DNA from: Legionellales bacterium
GTDB taxonomy: Bacteria; Pseudomonadota; Gammaproteobacteria; JAHCLG01
Assembly (NCBI GenBank): GCA_026125385.1
Contig: JAHCLG010000004.1
Coordinates: 29,782 to 93,781 of the forward strand
Length of the DNA: 64,000 nt
Direction of reading: 5' to 3'
The number at the start of each line of letters is the position of its first letter. Positions within the stretch are counted from its first letter, which is position 1. Below are positions 52,722 to 62,378 of the stretch, one piece after another. The notes beneath the pieces were generated by a model that worked only from the letters and a program-made list of their open reading frames with translations, did not search any database and was not told where the DNA came from. The translations under genes were made by a program, and so were the position numbers.

Positions 52722-53919
52722 ATATAAAGCCATTGATAAACACGGTGAAACGGTGCAAGCAATTACCGAGCATGATTCTGCGCGTAGCGTGCGTCAAATG
52801 TTGCGAGCGGAGGGATTAATACCCTTGGAAATTAAGCCCATTCATCAAAAATCGCTGCAATTAACCGGTCGGCAATATCGCTTAAAAACTTCAGAATTAA
52901 GTTTAATAACACGACATTTAAGTGTCTTGTTAAATTCATCGATGCCATTAGCCGAAAGTTTAACTACGGTTGCTGAACAACTTCACCAAGCTCGCGCCAA
53001 AGCAATTATATTAGGCGTGCGCAGTAAAATTCAGGAAGGGTTTTCTTTCGCAACCAGTTTGAATTATTATCCTCAAGCCTTTCCTCTGATTTATCGTGCG
53101 GCGGTGGCTGCTGGTGAAGAAACAGGACGTTTGGATCACATCTTAGAGCAGTTAGCAGATTATGTCGATCAACAGCAAAGCATTAAACAAAAAATTCAAC
53201 AAGCGATGATTTATCCCAGTTTAATGTTGATTATTTCATTCACTATTGTCACCTTTCTAATGATTTATGTCGTTCCAAAAATGATTGCAGTATTTCAACA
53301 AAATGATCAACAACTACCCTGGGTTACCCACCTCCTATTAACAATCAGTCATGTTATTCATTATGATGGTTGGTGGTTGGTATTATTATTGGTTTTGCTA
53401 ATACTGGGTTTTCGCTATTTATTATTACAACCCCTATGGCGTGAACGATGGCACCGAGCGTTATTAAGCATTCCAATATTAAATCGCTTTTTATGTTTAA
53501 TTGATACCGCACGTTTTGCTCATACCTTTGCAATTTTAGCGCAATCAGGTACTGATATTTTAAAATGTGTCCGCGAGAGCCTGAATGTTGTCAAATTAAT
53601 TCCATTACAACACGCTTTGTCTAAAGCGAGCCAACAGATTGCTGAAGGTAGCTCAATTTATCAAGCATTTAAACACATTGATTTTTTTCCGCCATTATCG
53701 TTGCATTTAATTGCCAGTGGCGAAAATAGCGGACGCTTAGCGCTGATGTTAGAACGCGCAGCACTCATGCAAGATCGTGATATTGAACGTTATGTTAATA
53801 TGAGTTTAACTTTATTTGAACCTATTTTAATTTTAGTGATGGGATGTATCGTATTATTTATCGTTCTAGCCGTATTATTACCAATTTTTTCACTCGATCA
53901 ATTACCGGGGTTAACATGA
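52708..53919 (+). CDS. gspF: type II secretion inner-membrane platform protein GspF
   Basis: MPAFEYKAIDKHGE start and duplicated GspF/PilC domain. Overlaps the gspE end. Confidence 0.9.
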   Translation: MPAFEYKAIDKHGETVQAITEHDSARSVRQMLRAEGLIPLEIKPIHQKSLQLTGRQYRLKTSELSLITRHLSVLLNSSMPLAESLTTVAEQLHQARAKAIILGVRSKIQEGFSFATSLNYYPQAFPLIYRAAVAAGEETGRLDHILEQLADYVDQQQSIKQKIQQAMIYPSLMLIISFTIVTFLMIYVVPKMIAVFQQNDQQLPWVTHLLLTISHVIHYDGWWLVLLLVLLILGFRYLLLQPLWRERWHRALLSIPILNRFLCLIDTARFAHTFAILAQSGTDILKCVRESLNVVKLIPLQHALSKASQQIAEGSSIYQAFKHIDFFPPLSLHLIASGENSGRLALMLERAALMQDRDIERYVNMSLTLFEPILILVMGCIVLFIVLAVLLPIFSLDQLPGLT

Positions 53920-54329
53920 AAAAGCAACAAGGTTTTACTTTAATTGAAATTATGGTGGTTGTGGTTATTTTAGGTATTTTAGCTGCAATTGTGGTACCAA
54001 AGATTTTAGATCGCCCAGAACAAGCACGCTTAGTCAAAGCGCAACAAGATATACAATCCATTGCTGAAGCATTAGATCTTTATAAATTAGATAATGGAAA
54101 TTTGCCTACTACCGATCAGGGGTTGCAAGCGCTGGTGTCTAAACCCACCAGCGATCCCATTCCTAATAATTGGCATTCCTATTTAAAATCACTACCAATA
54201 GATCCGTGGGGGCATCCTTATCAATATTTAATTCCAGGTCAACATGGAGAATATGATTTATTTTCTTACGGCCCGCAGGGTCAAGGCAGCGAGCAAGGTC
54301 TTATTGGAAATTGGACTAATGCCAAATAA
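53916..54329 (+). CDS. gspG: major pseudopilin GspG
   Basis: MKKQQGFTLIEIMVVVVILGILAAIVVP prepilin leader plus the GspG box. ATGA overlap with gspF. Confidence 0.9.
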   Translation: MKKQQGFTLIEIMVVVVILGILAAIVVPKILDRPEQARLVKAQQDIQSIAEALDLYKLDNGNLPTTDQGLQALVSKPTSDPIPNNWHSYLKSLPIDPWGHPYQYLIPGQHGEYDLFSYGPQGQGSEQGLIGNWTNAK

Positions 54330-54801
54330 AAAAATTAATCATGGTTTTACCTTGATTGAAATGATGATCGTGGTGGTTATTCTCGGCATTATTGCTACTA
54401 TGGCTGTGCTTGCGATGGGGAATATCGATAGTGAAAGTAATATGAAAACAGCCGCTTTGAAGCTGAATGCCTTAATGCAATTTGCCAAACAATATGCCAT
54501 GCTCAAGCCGCAACAACTGGGATTAATGATTGATGATCATGATTATCAATTTGTCGCTTTTCATCCCGATAATGCTAATAAACCGTGGCAAATCATTTCA
54601 ACTTCTCCATTAAATGGTCTTCATGTCTTGTCGGATCATTTAACGATTAAAATACTCAACCGTGATGCTATTCCTCCTATTGTTTTTTATAGTACGGGAG
54701 AAATTACACCCTTTACTTTAATTATTGAAAATGCCAAACATACAATGGGCTATAAAATAGTAGGCTTAGCCAATGGTAACATTGCTTTGCAAAAAGCATG
54801 A
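54319..54801 (+). CDS. gspH: minor pseudopilin GspH
   Basis: MPNKKINHGFTLIEMMIVVVILGI class III leader. Confidence 0.8.
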   Translation: MPNKKINHGFTLIEMMIVVVILGIIATMAVLAMGNIDSESNMKTAALKLNALMQFAKQYAMLKPQQLGLMIDDHDYQFVAFHPDNANKPWQIISTSPLNGLHVLSDHLTIKILNRDAIPPIVFYSTGEITPFTLIIENAKHTMGYKIVGLANGNIALQKA

Positions 54802-55127
54802 AAAATAACAGGGGCTTTACCTTAATCGAAGTTTTAGTGGCAACATTAATTGTAGCCATTGCACTATTGGCGATTGTGATGGCAACGAGGCGTTCCGTAC
54901 AAGATTTAAATTATGTGAGCAATAAAACAATGGCGCATTGGCTAGTATTAAACATTGCTAATAACATACAATTAAAATTATTAACACCCCCTCAACAAGG
55001 CGATGAAATGGTGTTTAATCAAACTTGGCATTGGGAAGTGCGCGATCAACAAGCGAATTATCAAATTAATGTTTATTCCAAAACCGATGGCAAACGCTAT
55101 GAACACATACTCATTCCAGCGTCATAA
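54798..55127 (+). CDS. gspI: minor pseudopilin GspI
   Basis: MKNNRGFTLIEVLVA leader, about 110 aa. Confidence 0.8.
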   Translation: MKNNRGFTLIEVLVATLIVAIALLAIVMATRRSVQDLNYVSNKTMAHWLVLNIANNIQLKLLTPPQQGDEMVFNQTWHWEVRDQQANYQINVYSKTDGKRYEHILIPAS

Positions 55128-55704
55128 TGGATTTACCTTAATAGAAATTATTATTGCTCTGCTAATCTTTGCAATTATTGCGAGTATATTAATGGTTGTC
55201 TTAGAGCAATCGATCGCAACGCAAGAGGATTTTAATCATCATGCTGAAACACTTTCTTCATTACAATGGTGTTTTTATCGTCTAGAAAATGATTTAACCC
55301 AAGTCGTCGATAGACCCATTAAACTTTCGAATGGAAAAATCGAACCGGCGTTGAGTTTAAGCATTCAACCCTTCCTAGAATTACAATTAACTCGGCTCGG
55401 TGTTGTGAATCCATTAGCGGTTGCTAAGCGCAGTATTATGCAACGTGTGGTCTATCAATTTAATCATCATCAACTGTGGCGACTCAGTTTTTCAACACTC
55501 GATCGTGATGTGAATGCTGTTCCTAATAAAATTTTATTATTAGATGGTCTCGATAGTTTTCACCTGACGGTACTTGATCAACACAATAAATGGTTAAGTA
55601 GCTGGCCATTTTATAGCAATCCTGATATGTCTTTACCAAAAGCGGTGAAAGTCACACTTTGCTTACAACCAAGGCGTTGTATCGATAGGATTTTTAGCCT
55701 ATGA
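55099..55704 (+). CDS. gspJ: minor pseudopilin GspJ
   Basis: ...RHNGFTLIEIIIALLIFAI leader. The start is re-set to the ATG at 55099. Confidence 0.75.
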   Translation: MNTYSFQRHNGFTLIEIIIALLIFAIIASILMVVLEQSIATQEDFNHHAETLSSLQWCFYRLENDLTQVVDRPIKLSNGKIEPALSLSIQPFLELQLTRLGVVNPLAVAKRSIMQRVVYQFNHHQLWRLSFSTLDRDVNAVPNKILLLDGLDSFHLTVLDQHNKWLSSWPFYSNPDMSLPKAVKVTLCLQPRRCIDRIFSL

Positions 55705-56603
55705 AAAAACAACAAGGGAGTGCGCTGCTAACTTCATTACTTATTGTGATGATTGTGGCGAGTATGGCAGTTATGATGTTGTTAAAAACACGTATTGCCA
55801 TTACTCGCACGCGGATGATGTTTAATGTCGAAAATGCTGAAATTATCAGTCAAGCCGCCAATGATTGGGCAATAAAAAAATTGAATCACCCCATTAACCT
55901 GCAAACAACGAGTGAAATGATCCAGCAATTTCCCCAACACTATCATTATTCATTAAATGGCTTCAACGTTAATGTCGTATTAATGGATGCAGAAGCAAAA
56001 TTTAATATTAATAATATTACCAATCCTCAACAATTATCTTCTTTTATTATGTTAGCGAATCAACTCTGGAAGGGGAAACTAGCAGGGCAAGAAATTAGTA
56101 AAATTGCCAGTGCGATATTAAGCTACCTTAGTACGGATGTGCCTAGTCAACAAAATTTAATTAATCCCGCGATGAGTAATTCACGATGGTTGGTGAATAT
56201 TTCAGAATTACGCTTAATTGATAAAATAAATGCACAGCGTTATTTAGCCTTAGTACCCTACGTTATCGCCTTACCTAAAATAACACCTATTAATATTAAT
56301 AGCGCGAGTAAAATGGTCTTCACCAGTTTAGGGATGACCCTCGAGCAAGCACAAGCCGTTGTTGAATATCGTCAGCAGCACCAAGGATTTCACAGTATAG
56401 CAGAATTTATGAGCTTACCTTATTTACACGAATTAAATATTCCCTTAAATCAGCTTACCTTGTATAGTAATTATTTTATGTTAAAAATCACGCTGCAAAT
56501 TGATAATCAAACACTCACCATTTACCGATTATTGCAGCGCTCTATACAAAATGGCAAAGTCACAGTTACCGTCATCTGGCAAAGTAATGGGAGTGCAACG
56601 TAG
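55701..56603 (+). CDS. gspK: minor pseudopilin GspK
   Basis: MKKQQGSALLTSLLIVMIVA start (no Glu+5, typical of GspK), about 300 aa. Confidence 0.8.
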   Translation: MKKQQGSALLTSLLIVMIVASMAVMMLLKTRIAITRTRMMFNVENAEIISQAANDWAIKKLNHPINLQTTSEMIQQFPQHYHYSLNGFNVNVVLMDAEAKFNINNITNPQQLSSFIMLANQLWKGKLAGQEISKIASAILSYLSTDVPSQQNLINPAMSNSRWLVNISELRLIDKINAQRYLALVPYVIALPKITPININSASKMVFTSLGMTLEQAQAVVEYRQQHQGFHSIAEFMSLPYLHELNIPLNQLTLYSNYFMLKITLQIDNQTLTIYRLLQRSIQNGKVTVTVIWQSNGSAT

Positions 56604-57817
56604 TGGAACGGTATTTATTATATTTAACCGATTTAACAGCGAGTGCTGTTGATGTCTTACACGTAGCTGCCAATGGCGAGCCCATGCAATATTACCCGCA
56701 AATGGCGAGTGACAAGCTAGCGCAACTTCATCTACCCATCACCATTATTTTGCACAGTCGATTTTTTCGTTTACAAACAGTAGCATTGCCAAAAGTAAAA
56801 CCTCATCTACGGTTACAAGCATTACCCTTTGCTATTGAAGAAAAAGTATTAAGCCCTATCGCAGATTTATTTTTTCCAGTCTTTACCCCACTTAATCACG
56901 ATCCCCTCGTATGTGCAATAATTAACCGTACACATATGGATGAGCTTGTGCGTTGGATAACGCAACAGGCGATCCGTGTGCAGGCCGTGCTGCCCGATCT
57001 GTTATTAATTCCATACGATCGCTTACAGCCGAGTGTATTGTGTTATCAACATTATTATCTAGTCCGCAACGCAGAGTGGCAAGGATTTCTTGCTGATCAG
57101 GAGAATTGGCAAACGCAATTAGCCTTATCTACTAAAGTATTTTCTAATTCGGCAACCACAATATCAGCAGAGACGGTTGCAAAGGAAAAAGTGGCTAAAA
57201 TTCACGTCTACGATTTTTCTCAGCAATTTTCTTTTAATGATCCTGACATTGACTGGCACGAAACTCCAGCGTCTCCCTTATATTTATTCGCAAAACACGT
57301 AGAACAATATTCATCAGCCAATTTTTTACAAGGCGACTATCAACTCAAGCGTGAAAAAAATCAGCGTGAGCGCAAAATTAAAATACTTGCTATCTTAGCT
57401 ATTATTTTAATCGTGGTTTTTTCCATTAGCAAAACGCTGCAATGGTGGTATTTAACCCGTCAATTAAGCATCGTCCAAAACCATATTGCCACGCTGTATT
57501 ATCAGCTATTTCCGCAAGCGACCAGTGTGATAAGCCCGCGTTTACGAATTGAACGTGAGTTGAATGGTCTTAATCAGCATAATCCGAATCAATTATTTTT
57601 TAATCTACTGTCGGGCGTGGCATCAACTCATCAATCCGTGACCATGCTCTCTCTGCAATTTCAGGATAATAAACTGGTCTTACATGTCAAAACACAGCTT
57701 TTGCGGGAAATGACGCAATTTTTGAGTGATTTGTCGCACTCGGGATTACACTTCAGTCATTCATTACAAACCAAACCTAATGAAGTATTAGCCACAATTA
57801 CTCTCGGAGGCGTATGA
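56603..57817 (+). CDS. gspL: type II secretion protein GspL
   Basis: Size, position, central TM (ILAILAIILIVVF) and cytoplasmic actin-like N-domain. Confidence 0.7.
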   Translation: MERYLLYLTDLTASAVDVLHVAANGEPMQYYPQMASDKLAQLHLPITIILHSRFFRLQTVALPKVKPHLRLQALPFAIEEKVLSPIADLFFPVFTPLNHDPLVCAIINRTHMDELVRWITQQAIRVQAVLPDLLLIPYDRLQPSVLCYQHYYLVRNAEWQGFLADQENWQTQLALSTKVFSNSATTISAETVAKEKVAKIHVYDFSQQFSFNDPDIDWHETPASPLYLFAKHVEQYSSANFLQGDYQLKREKNQRERKIKILAILAIILIVVFSISKTLQWWYLTRQLSIVQNHIATLYYQLFPQATSVISPRLRIERELNGLNQHNPNQLFFNLLSGVASTHQSVTMLSLQFQDNKLVLHVKTQLLREMTQFLSDLSHSGLHFSHSLQTKPNEVLATITLGGV

Positions 57818-58299
57818 TGAATTTATTGAAACAACGTTGGCAAGCTTATAATTCACGTGAGCAATTGTTTTTATTGCTTGGCACTATCGCCATTGTATTG
57901 TTTAGTGGCTATTCATTATTACTATCGCCACTTTATCATCATCTTGAAACGTTAAAAAAATCTTTAACTGAACAACAACAATTATTGGCTTGGATGCAAG
58001 CAAAACAACCTTTATTAAACGTTAAACAGCAGGCAATTACTCGCGAAAAAATATCAACGGATGAATTATTGACTCGATTGAGTCAACTCTTTACCCAGGA
58101 ACGATTTAACGCGCAATTAAGTGCAGAAGAAAATGGTCAAATTAAAATAATATTTAAAACGATAAGTTTTGATCGTTTTATCGACTGGCTAACTAAGCTG
58201 GATCAAAAAATTTATTTTAAAATAATAAATTTAAATATCCAACGATTGGATCATCCTGGAATGGTGGATATTGAGTTAGAACTGGCGACTTCAACCTGA
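57814..58299 (+). CDS. gspM: type II secretion protein GspM
   Basis: 161 aa, N-terminal TM, last gene of the operon. Confidence 0.7.
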   Translation: MMNLLKQRWQAYNSREQLFLLLGTIAIVLFSGYSLLLSPLYHHLETLKKSLTEQQQLLAWMQAKQPLLNVKQQAITREKISTDELLTRLSQLFTQERFNAQLSAEENGQIKIIFKTISFDRFIDWLTKLDQKIYFKIINLNIQRLDHPGMVDIELELATST

Positions 58300-58322
58300 A
58301 TTGAAGGAATTTAAACAGGCTT

Positions 58323-58643
58323 TTATTCGCCCCATACCGGCGCATCAATTAAAGCCATCGCTTTTTGTGCTTTTGCTAAACCTTGTGCCGCGGATTTATC
58401 GATCCACATTCTGGCTAAATTAATATTTTTAGGTGTGCCTAAACCGTAATAATACATATATCCCAGGGCATATTGTGCCTCAGCACTGCCGTGAGCTGCA
58501 GCAGGTTGCAGTTGTTTAAATGCTAATTGATAGTTTTGTGCTTTGAAGTTGGCTTCGCCGAGTTGATAAGATTGTTTCAATGGAGTGGTGGCGCACGCGG
58601 ACAAGCCGATGACCAGTAATGCGGTTATAATCGATTTTATCAT
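58323..58643 (-). CDS. Sel1-repeat (TPR-like) lipoprotein
   Basis: Lipobox VIGLSAC and two Sel1 repeats (AEAQYALGYMYYYGLGTPKN). The ATG at 58641-58643 overlaps the gspC stop (ATGA). Confidence 0.7.
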   Translation of the reverse strand: MIKSIITALLVIGLSACATTPLKQSYQLGEANFKAQNYQLAFKQLQPAAAHGSAEAQYALGYMYYYGLGTPKNINLARMWIDKSAAQGLAKAQKAMALIDAPVWGE

Positions 58644-59107
58644 GGTAAATTTCCTTTCCAAATGGGAGCGAATTGTAATTTTAATTCGGGTAAATCCAAA
58701 CGTTGTAAATGGCCTTGATAATTGAGTATCACCGCAGAGGTTTGAATTTGCTCGATGATAGCACCATTTGCCAAATGGTCACCTATACTATAGACCTGTT
58801 GTTGGCCATTTTCCAATTGAATAATGGCTTGGGCATTTTTGCCGCTCATCACCCCAATTAAGCGAATATTTAAATTAGTTTGCGGTAACGCCGATTGTGG
58901 ACTTATACCAAAAACATGAAAATGGGCAATATTTTCTGCGGAATAGGTTGGCTGAGTGGGAGTGGTTGAGCGATTAATAGGTGCAGTAGTGGTAGTTATA
59001 GTCCGAAAAAAAAGTATGGTATTGATGATTACTATCAAGATTAATGAGAGCATCACGATGCTTGTAAATTCAAACCAATACTGTGGTAAAAATTGTTTAT
59101 AATGCAT
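58640..59107 (-). CDS. gspC: short GspC-like type II secretion protein (TM plus HR domain, no PDZ/coiled-coil)
   Basis: N-terminal TM, Thr-rich linker, the conserved HxFG motif (AHFHVFGIS) and a GspD-binding HR-domain pattern (LNIRLIGVM...AIIQ..NGQQQVYSIGD...GAII). Confidence 0.5.
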   Translation of the reverse strand: MHYKQFLPQYWFEFTSIVMLSLILIVIINTILFFRTITTTTAPINRSTTPTQPTYSAENIAHFHVFGISPQSALPQTNLNIRLIGVMSGKNAQAIIQLENGQQQVYSIGDHLANGAIIEQIQTSAVILNYQGHLQRLDLPELKLQFAPIWKGNLP

Positions 59108-60254
59108 GGTTTACTCGTGTTAGTTTGGATAATTGATTGAGTTTTTGTGTCGCACTGAGTGGGTGCGAGTATTGTTTGCTCGCAATCAGTACCTTGAATA
59201 ATTCACCCATTTCATGCGGCATTAATAAACGTTGAATTTCTTGAGACAATTTTAGCATATCATAATCGGAGGTCGAGTGATTTTCTTGGGCAAGGTTTAA
59301 AATATTCAAATTTAATAAATAATTAGCTTGAGTTAAAAATCCTTCTAAGGTAAATCCTTGCTCAGCAAGTGCATAAGCAAGCGTCGTGAAATCCACATGA
59401 GCAGTAATATCTTGCAAGCCTGGGTAATAAAAAGGATCATCGTGATTTAAATGGCGATAATGACACATTAAGGTGCCTTGATTGCGCTGTGGATGATAAT
59501 ATTCCTGGCGAGAAAATCCATAATCGATTAGTAATACCACACCTTGGTGAAGTTGTTGAAAAAGACTCGCACACCACAGCGATAAATTTAAATTGATTTC
59601 AGAGCTATAGTGATTAGGCAACGTGTTAAATAAGGATAGTATTGGTGCGGTTAATGTAGGATTTTCGTATAAGTGCCATTTAAATTGATTATTTTCCATG
59701 GTTACACCCATTTCATAAATAATTTGATTATTGATATGAAAACGTTGTATGGGCATGGCATCTAAAACTTCATTGGCGATAATTAAACCATTCATAGGTT
59801 TTTCTAATAACGTATCTAACCAAATAACTTGAGGAAATTGGCTTAATAATTGTTGTTGTCGTTGACGCAAATCGGGGCTAATTTCAAGAATATAATAATA
59901 CTTAGGTAAGGCTTGGTGTTTTTGTAATGCGGTTAAAATATCAAAACATAATTTACCTGTTCCTGCGCCAAATTCAAAAATACAGGCATCATCCAGGTTA
60001 TGGGAAATTTCTAAAAATTGTTGAGCTAAACATTGTCCGAATAACCTCGAAATTTCAGGTGCGGTAATGAAATCACCTACCGCACCGAATTTATCTAAGC
60101 CGGCATGATAATAACCAAGTCCTGGTTGATACAATGCCATCTGCATGAAGTCGTAAAACGAAATAAAATGTTCTTGCTGAATTTTTTCGCGAATTAATTG
60201 ACTTAATTCTTCACTGTGAGCGCTGGCGCTAGTAGAAGGTTTGGGTAATTGCAT
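59097..60254 (-). CDS. DUF185/MidA-family class I SAM-dependent methyltransferase (NDUFAF7 homolog)
   Basis: FYDFMQMALYQPGLGYY...GDFITAPEIS and FEFGAGTGKL motifs. Confidence 0.75.
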   Translation of the reverse strand: MQLPKPSTSASAHSEELSQLIREKIQQEHFISFYDFMQMALYQPGLGYYHAGLDKFGAVGDFITAPEISRLFGQCLAQQFLEISHNLDDACIFEFGAGTGKLCFDILTALQKHQALPKYYYILEISPDLRQRQQQLLSQFPQVIWLDTLLEKPMNGLIIANEVLDAMPIQRFHINNQIIYEMGVTMENNQFKWHLYENPTLTAPILSLFNTLPNHYSSEINLNLSLWCASLFQQLHQGVVLLIDYGFSRQEYYHPQRNQGTLMCHYRHLNHDDPFYYPGLQDITAHVDFTTLAYALAEQGFTLEGFLTQANYLLNLNILNLAQENHSTSDYDMLKLSQEIQRLLMPHEMGELFKVLIASKQYSHPLSATQKLNQLSKLTRVNHAL

Positions 60255-60258
60255 GGTG

Positions 60259-61668
60259 TTATCGATTCATGATTTTTAAGAAAAACTGCGTTAGTTTACC
60301 ATAAGGTGGATAAACAAGACGATTTAAACGCCACTTAGATTGATAAAAAACCGCTTTCGCATGGCTGAACCGCAAAAATCCTTCGCGACCATGATAGCTT
60401 CCGAGTCCACTTAAACCGACACCACCAAAGGGTAAATCGGTTTGAGCAATATGTAATAACGTGTCGTTGATGGTAACACCGCCACTTAGTGTGCGCGTAA
60501 GAATGTTATGAATTTTTTTCCGATCATGCTCAAAATAATACAAGGCTAATGGGTGTGGGCGTTGTTGAATGTAATTAATAGCCTCCTCTAATTGTTCATA
60601 AGTAATAATAGGCAACAAAGGACCAAAAATTTCTTCTTGCATGATAAGCATCGTATCGTTAACCTGATAAATAAGATGCGGTGCCATTTTATAGGCGGGT
60701 AAATCGTCAGCGCTTAAATTAATAATGATAGCTTGTTTATTTTTAGCATCGTTTAAATAGTCTTGTAAGCGTTGATAATGATGTTGATTGATGATTGCCG
60801 TGTAATCATCATTTTTTTTAAGATGAGGATAAAAACGTTGTACGGTTTTTTTCATGAGTTCAATAAATTCGGATAAACGGGCTTTAGGCAATAAAACATA
60901 ATCCGGTGCAATACACGTTTGACCACTATTCATTAATTTTCCCATGACAATACTTTCACAAGCAGCGGCTAAGGGATAAGTTTCGCCAATAATACAAGGA
61001 GATTTACCGCCTAATTCTAAGGTAATGGGCGTTAAATGTTGACTGGCTGCTGCCATAATTAATTTACCCACTCGCGTTGAGCCTGTGAAAAATAAATGAT
61101 TAAATGGTAAATGCGCAAAGGGTTTGGCAAGACTGCCATCATCTTGACAGCCATAAACCCACTCTTTGCCTAAATAATTTTTTAGTAATTCTGTCATTAC
61201 CGTAGCAAAATGGGGCGTTAATTCAGAAAACTTAATCATGACGCGATTACCCGCAGCTAATGCCGCGCACAGTGGAGCGATAGTTAAATAAAGTGGGTAA
61301 TTCCAAGGGACAATAATCCCAATCACACCTAGAGCTTGGTGAAAAACTCGCGATCGGCCTGGTAAAAACCATTGACTCGTTTTACGCTTTTCTGGTTTTA
61401 TCCATTTTGGTAAAGATTTAATATGATAATCTAGAGTTTGCAAACTGGGAAAAATTTCAACAAGCTTCATTTCTGTTTGGCTACGATAATTAAAATCTGC
61501 TTGAATGGCTTGAATAATTTGCGTTTGGTTTTCTTTAATTAATTGACGTAATTTTTTTAATTGGAATAAACGTTGATTTAATGAAGGATTATTTTCTTGC
61601 AAAAAAAATGCTTTTAATGCAGAAAATGCTTGAGCTAATGGTGTCGTGATGAATGGGTCGTGTTCCAT
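60259..61668 (-). CDS. NAD(P)-dependent aldehyde dehydrogenase (class 3 / coniferyl-aldehyde DH-like)
   Basis: ALDH fold with catalytic Cys region (ELGGKSPCII...GQTCIAPDYVL) and Glu motif. Confidence 0.8.
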   Translation of the reverse strand: MEHDPFITTPLAQAFSALKAFFLQENNPSLNQRLFQLKKLRQLIKENQTQIIQAIQADFNYRSQTEMKLVEIFPSLQTLDYHIKSLPKWIKPEKRKTSQWFLPGRSRVFHQALGVIGIIVPWNYPLYLTIAPLCAALAAGNRVMIKFSELTPHFATVMTELLKNYLGKEWVYGCQDDGSLAKPFAHLPFNHLFFTGSTRVGKLIMAAASQHLTPITLELGGKSPCIIGETYPLAAACESIVMGKLMNSGQTCIAPDYVLLPKARLSEFIELMKKTVQRFYPHLKKNDDYTAIINQHHYQRLQDYLNDAKNKQAIIINLSADDLPAYKMAPHLIYQVNDTMLIMQEEIFGPLLPIITYEQLEEAINYIQQRPHPLALYYFEHDRKKIHNILTRTLSGGVTINDTLLHIAQTDLPFGGVGLSGLGSYHGREGFLRFSHAKAVFYQSKWRLNRLVYPPYGKLTQFFLKIMNR

Positions 61669-61685
61669 GATCCTATTATCCTAAG

Positions 61686-62366
61686 TTAACGCCGGCAGAA
61701 GAGTAAATCCCAAACCCCGTGCCCTAATTTCTGACCACGGCGTTCAAACTTGGTGAGTGGGCGAGAAGCGGGGCGTGGTGCAAATTGGTTTAGTCCCGCA
61801 AGATTGCTAAATGTTGTTTGCCGAGATAAAACTGCCATCATTTGTAATGCGTAATCTTCCCAATCCGTTGCTAAATGTAGTGTACCGCCTATTTTTAATT
61901 TGGGGGTAATTAATTGAATAAAGTTTTCATTAATTAAGCGGCGTTTATGATGACGTTTTTTATGCCAAGGATCAGGAAAAAAGATGTGGATGGCATCTAA
62001 GGAGTTATCCGCAATTGCCTGTTTAAGCACTTCCACCGCATCGTCACAAAAAATGCGAATATTCGTCAATTGGTGATGCTGGATGAGTTTAATGAGGTTG
62101 CCAACCCCAGGCCGGTGCACTTCAATGCCGATAAAATCGTGTTCGGGCATGTTTTGCGCCATACTTGCAAGTGTTTCACCATTGCCAAAACCAATTTCTA
62201 AAATGAGCGGCGCTTGGCGTTTAAAAATGCTCGTGAAATCAAGAGGGTGATCGGTAATTGTTAGCCCATATTCCGCAAAAGAATGGGTTAAGGCATGGTC
62301 TTGACTGGGAGTTAAACGGCCATTTCTGCGCACAAAACTGCGAACAGTACGATAAAAAGTATCCAC
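61686..62366 (-). CDS. trmB: tRNA (guanine46-N7)-methyltransferase
   Basis: LEIGFGNGE SAM motif plus the TrmB pattern. GTG start at 62364-62366 with an AAGGAAA SD. Confidence 0.85.
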   Translation of the reverse strand: MDTFYRTVRSFVRRNGRLTPSQDHALTHSFAEYGLTITDHPLDFTSIFKRQAPLILEIGFGNGETLASMAQNMPEHDFIGIEVHRPGVGNLIKLIQHHQLTNIRIFCDDAVEVLKQAIADNSLDAIHIFFPDPWHKKRHHKRRLINENFIQLITPKLKIGGTLHLATDWEDYALQMMAVLSRQTTFSNLAGLNQFAPRPASRPLTKFERRGQKLGHGVWDLLFCRR

Positions 62367-62378
62367 AAATTTTCCTTA

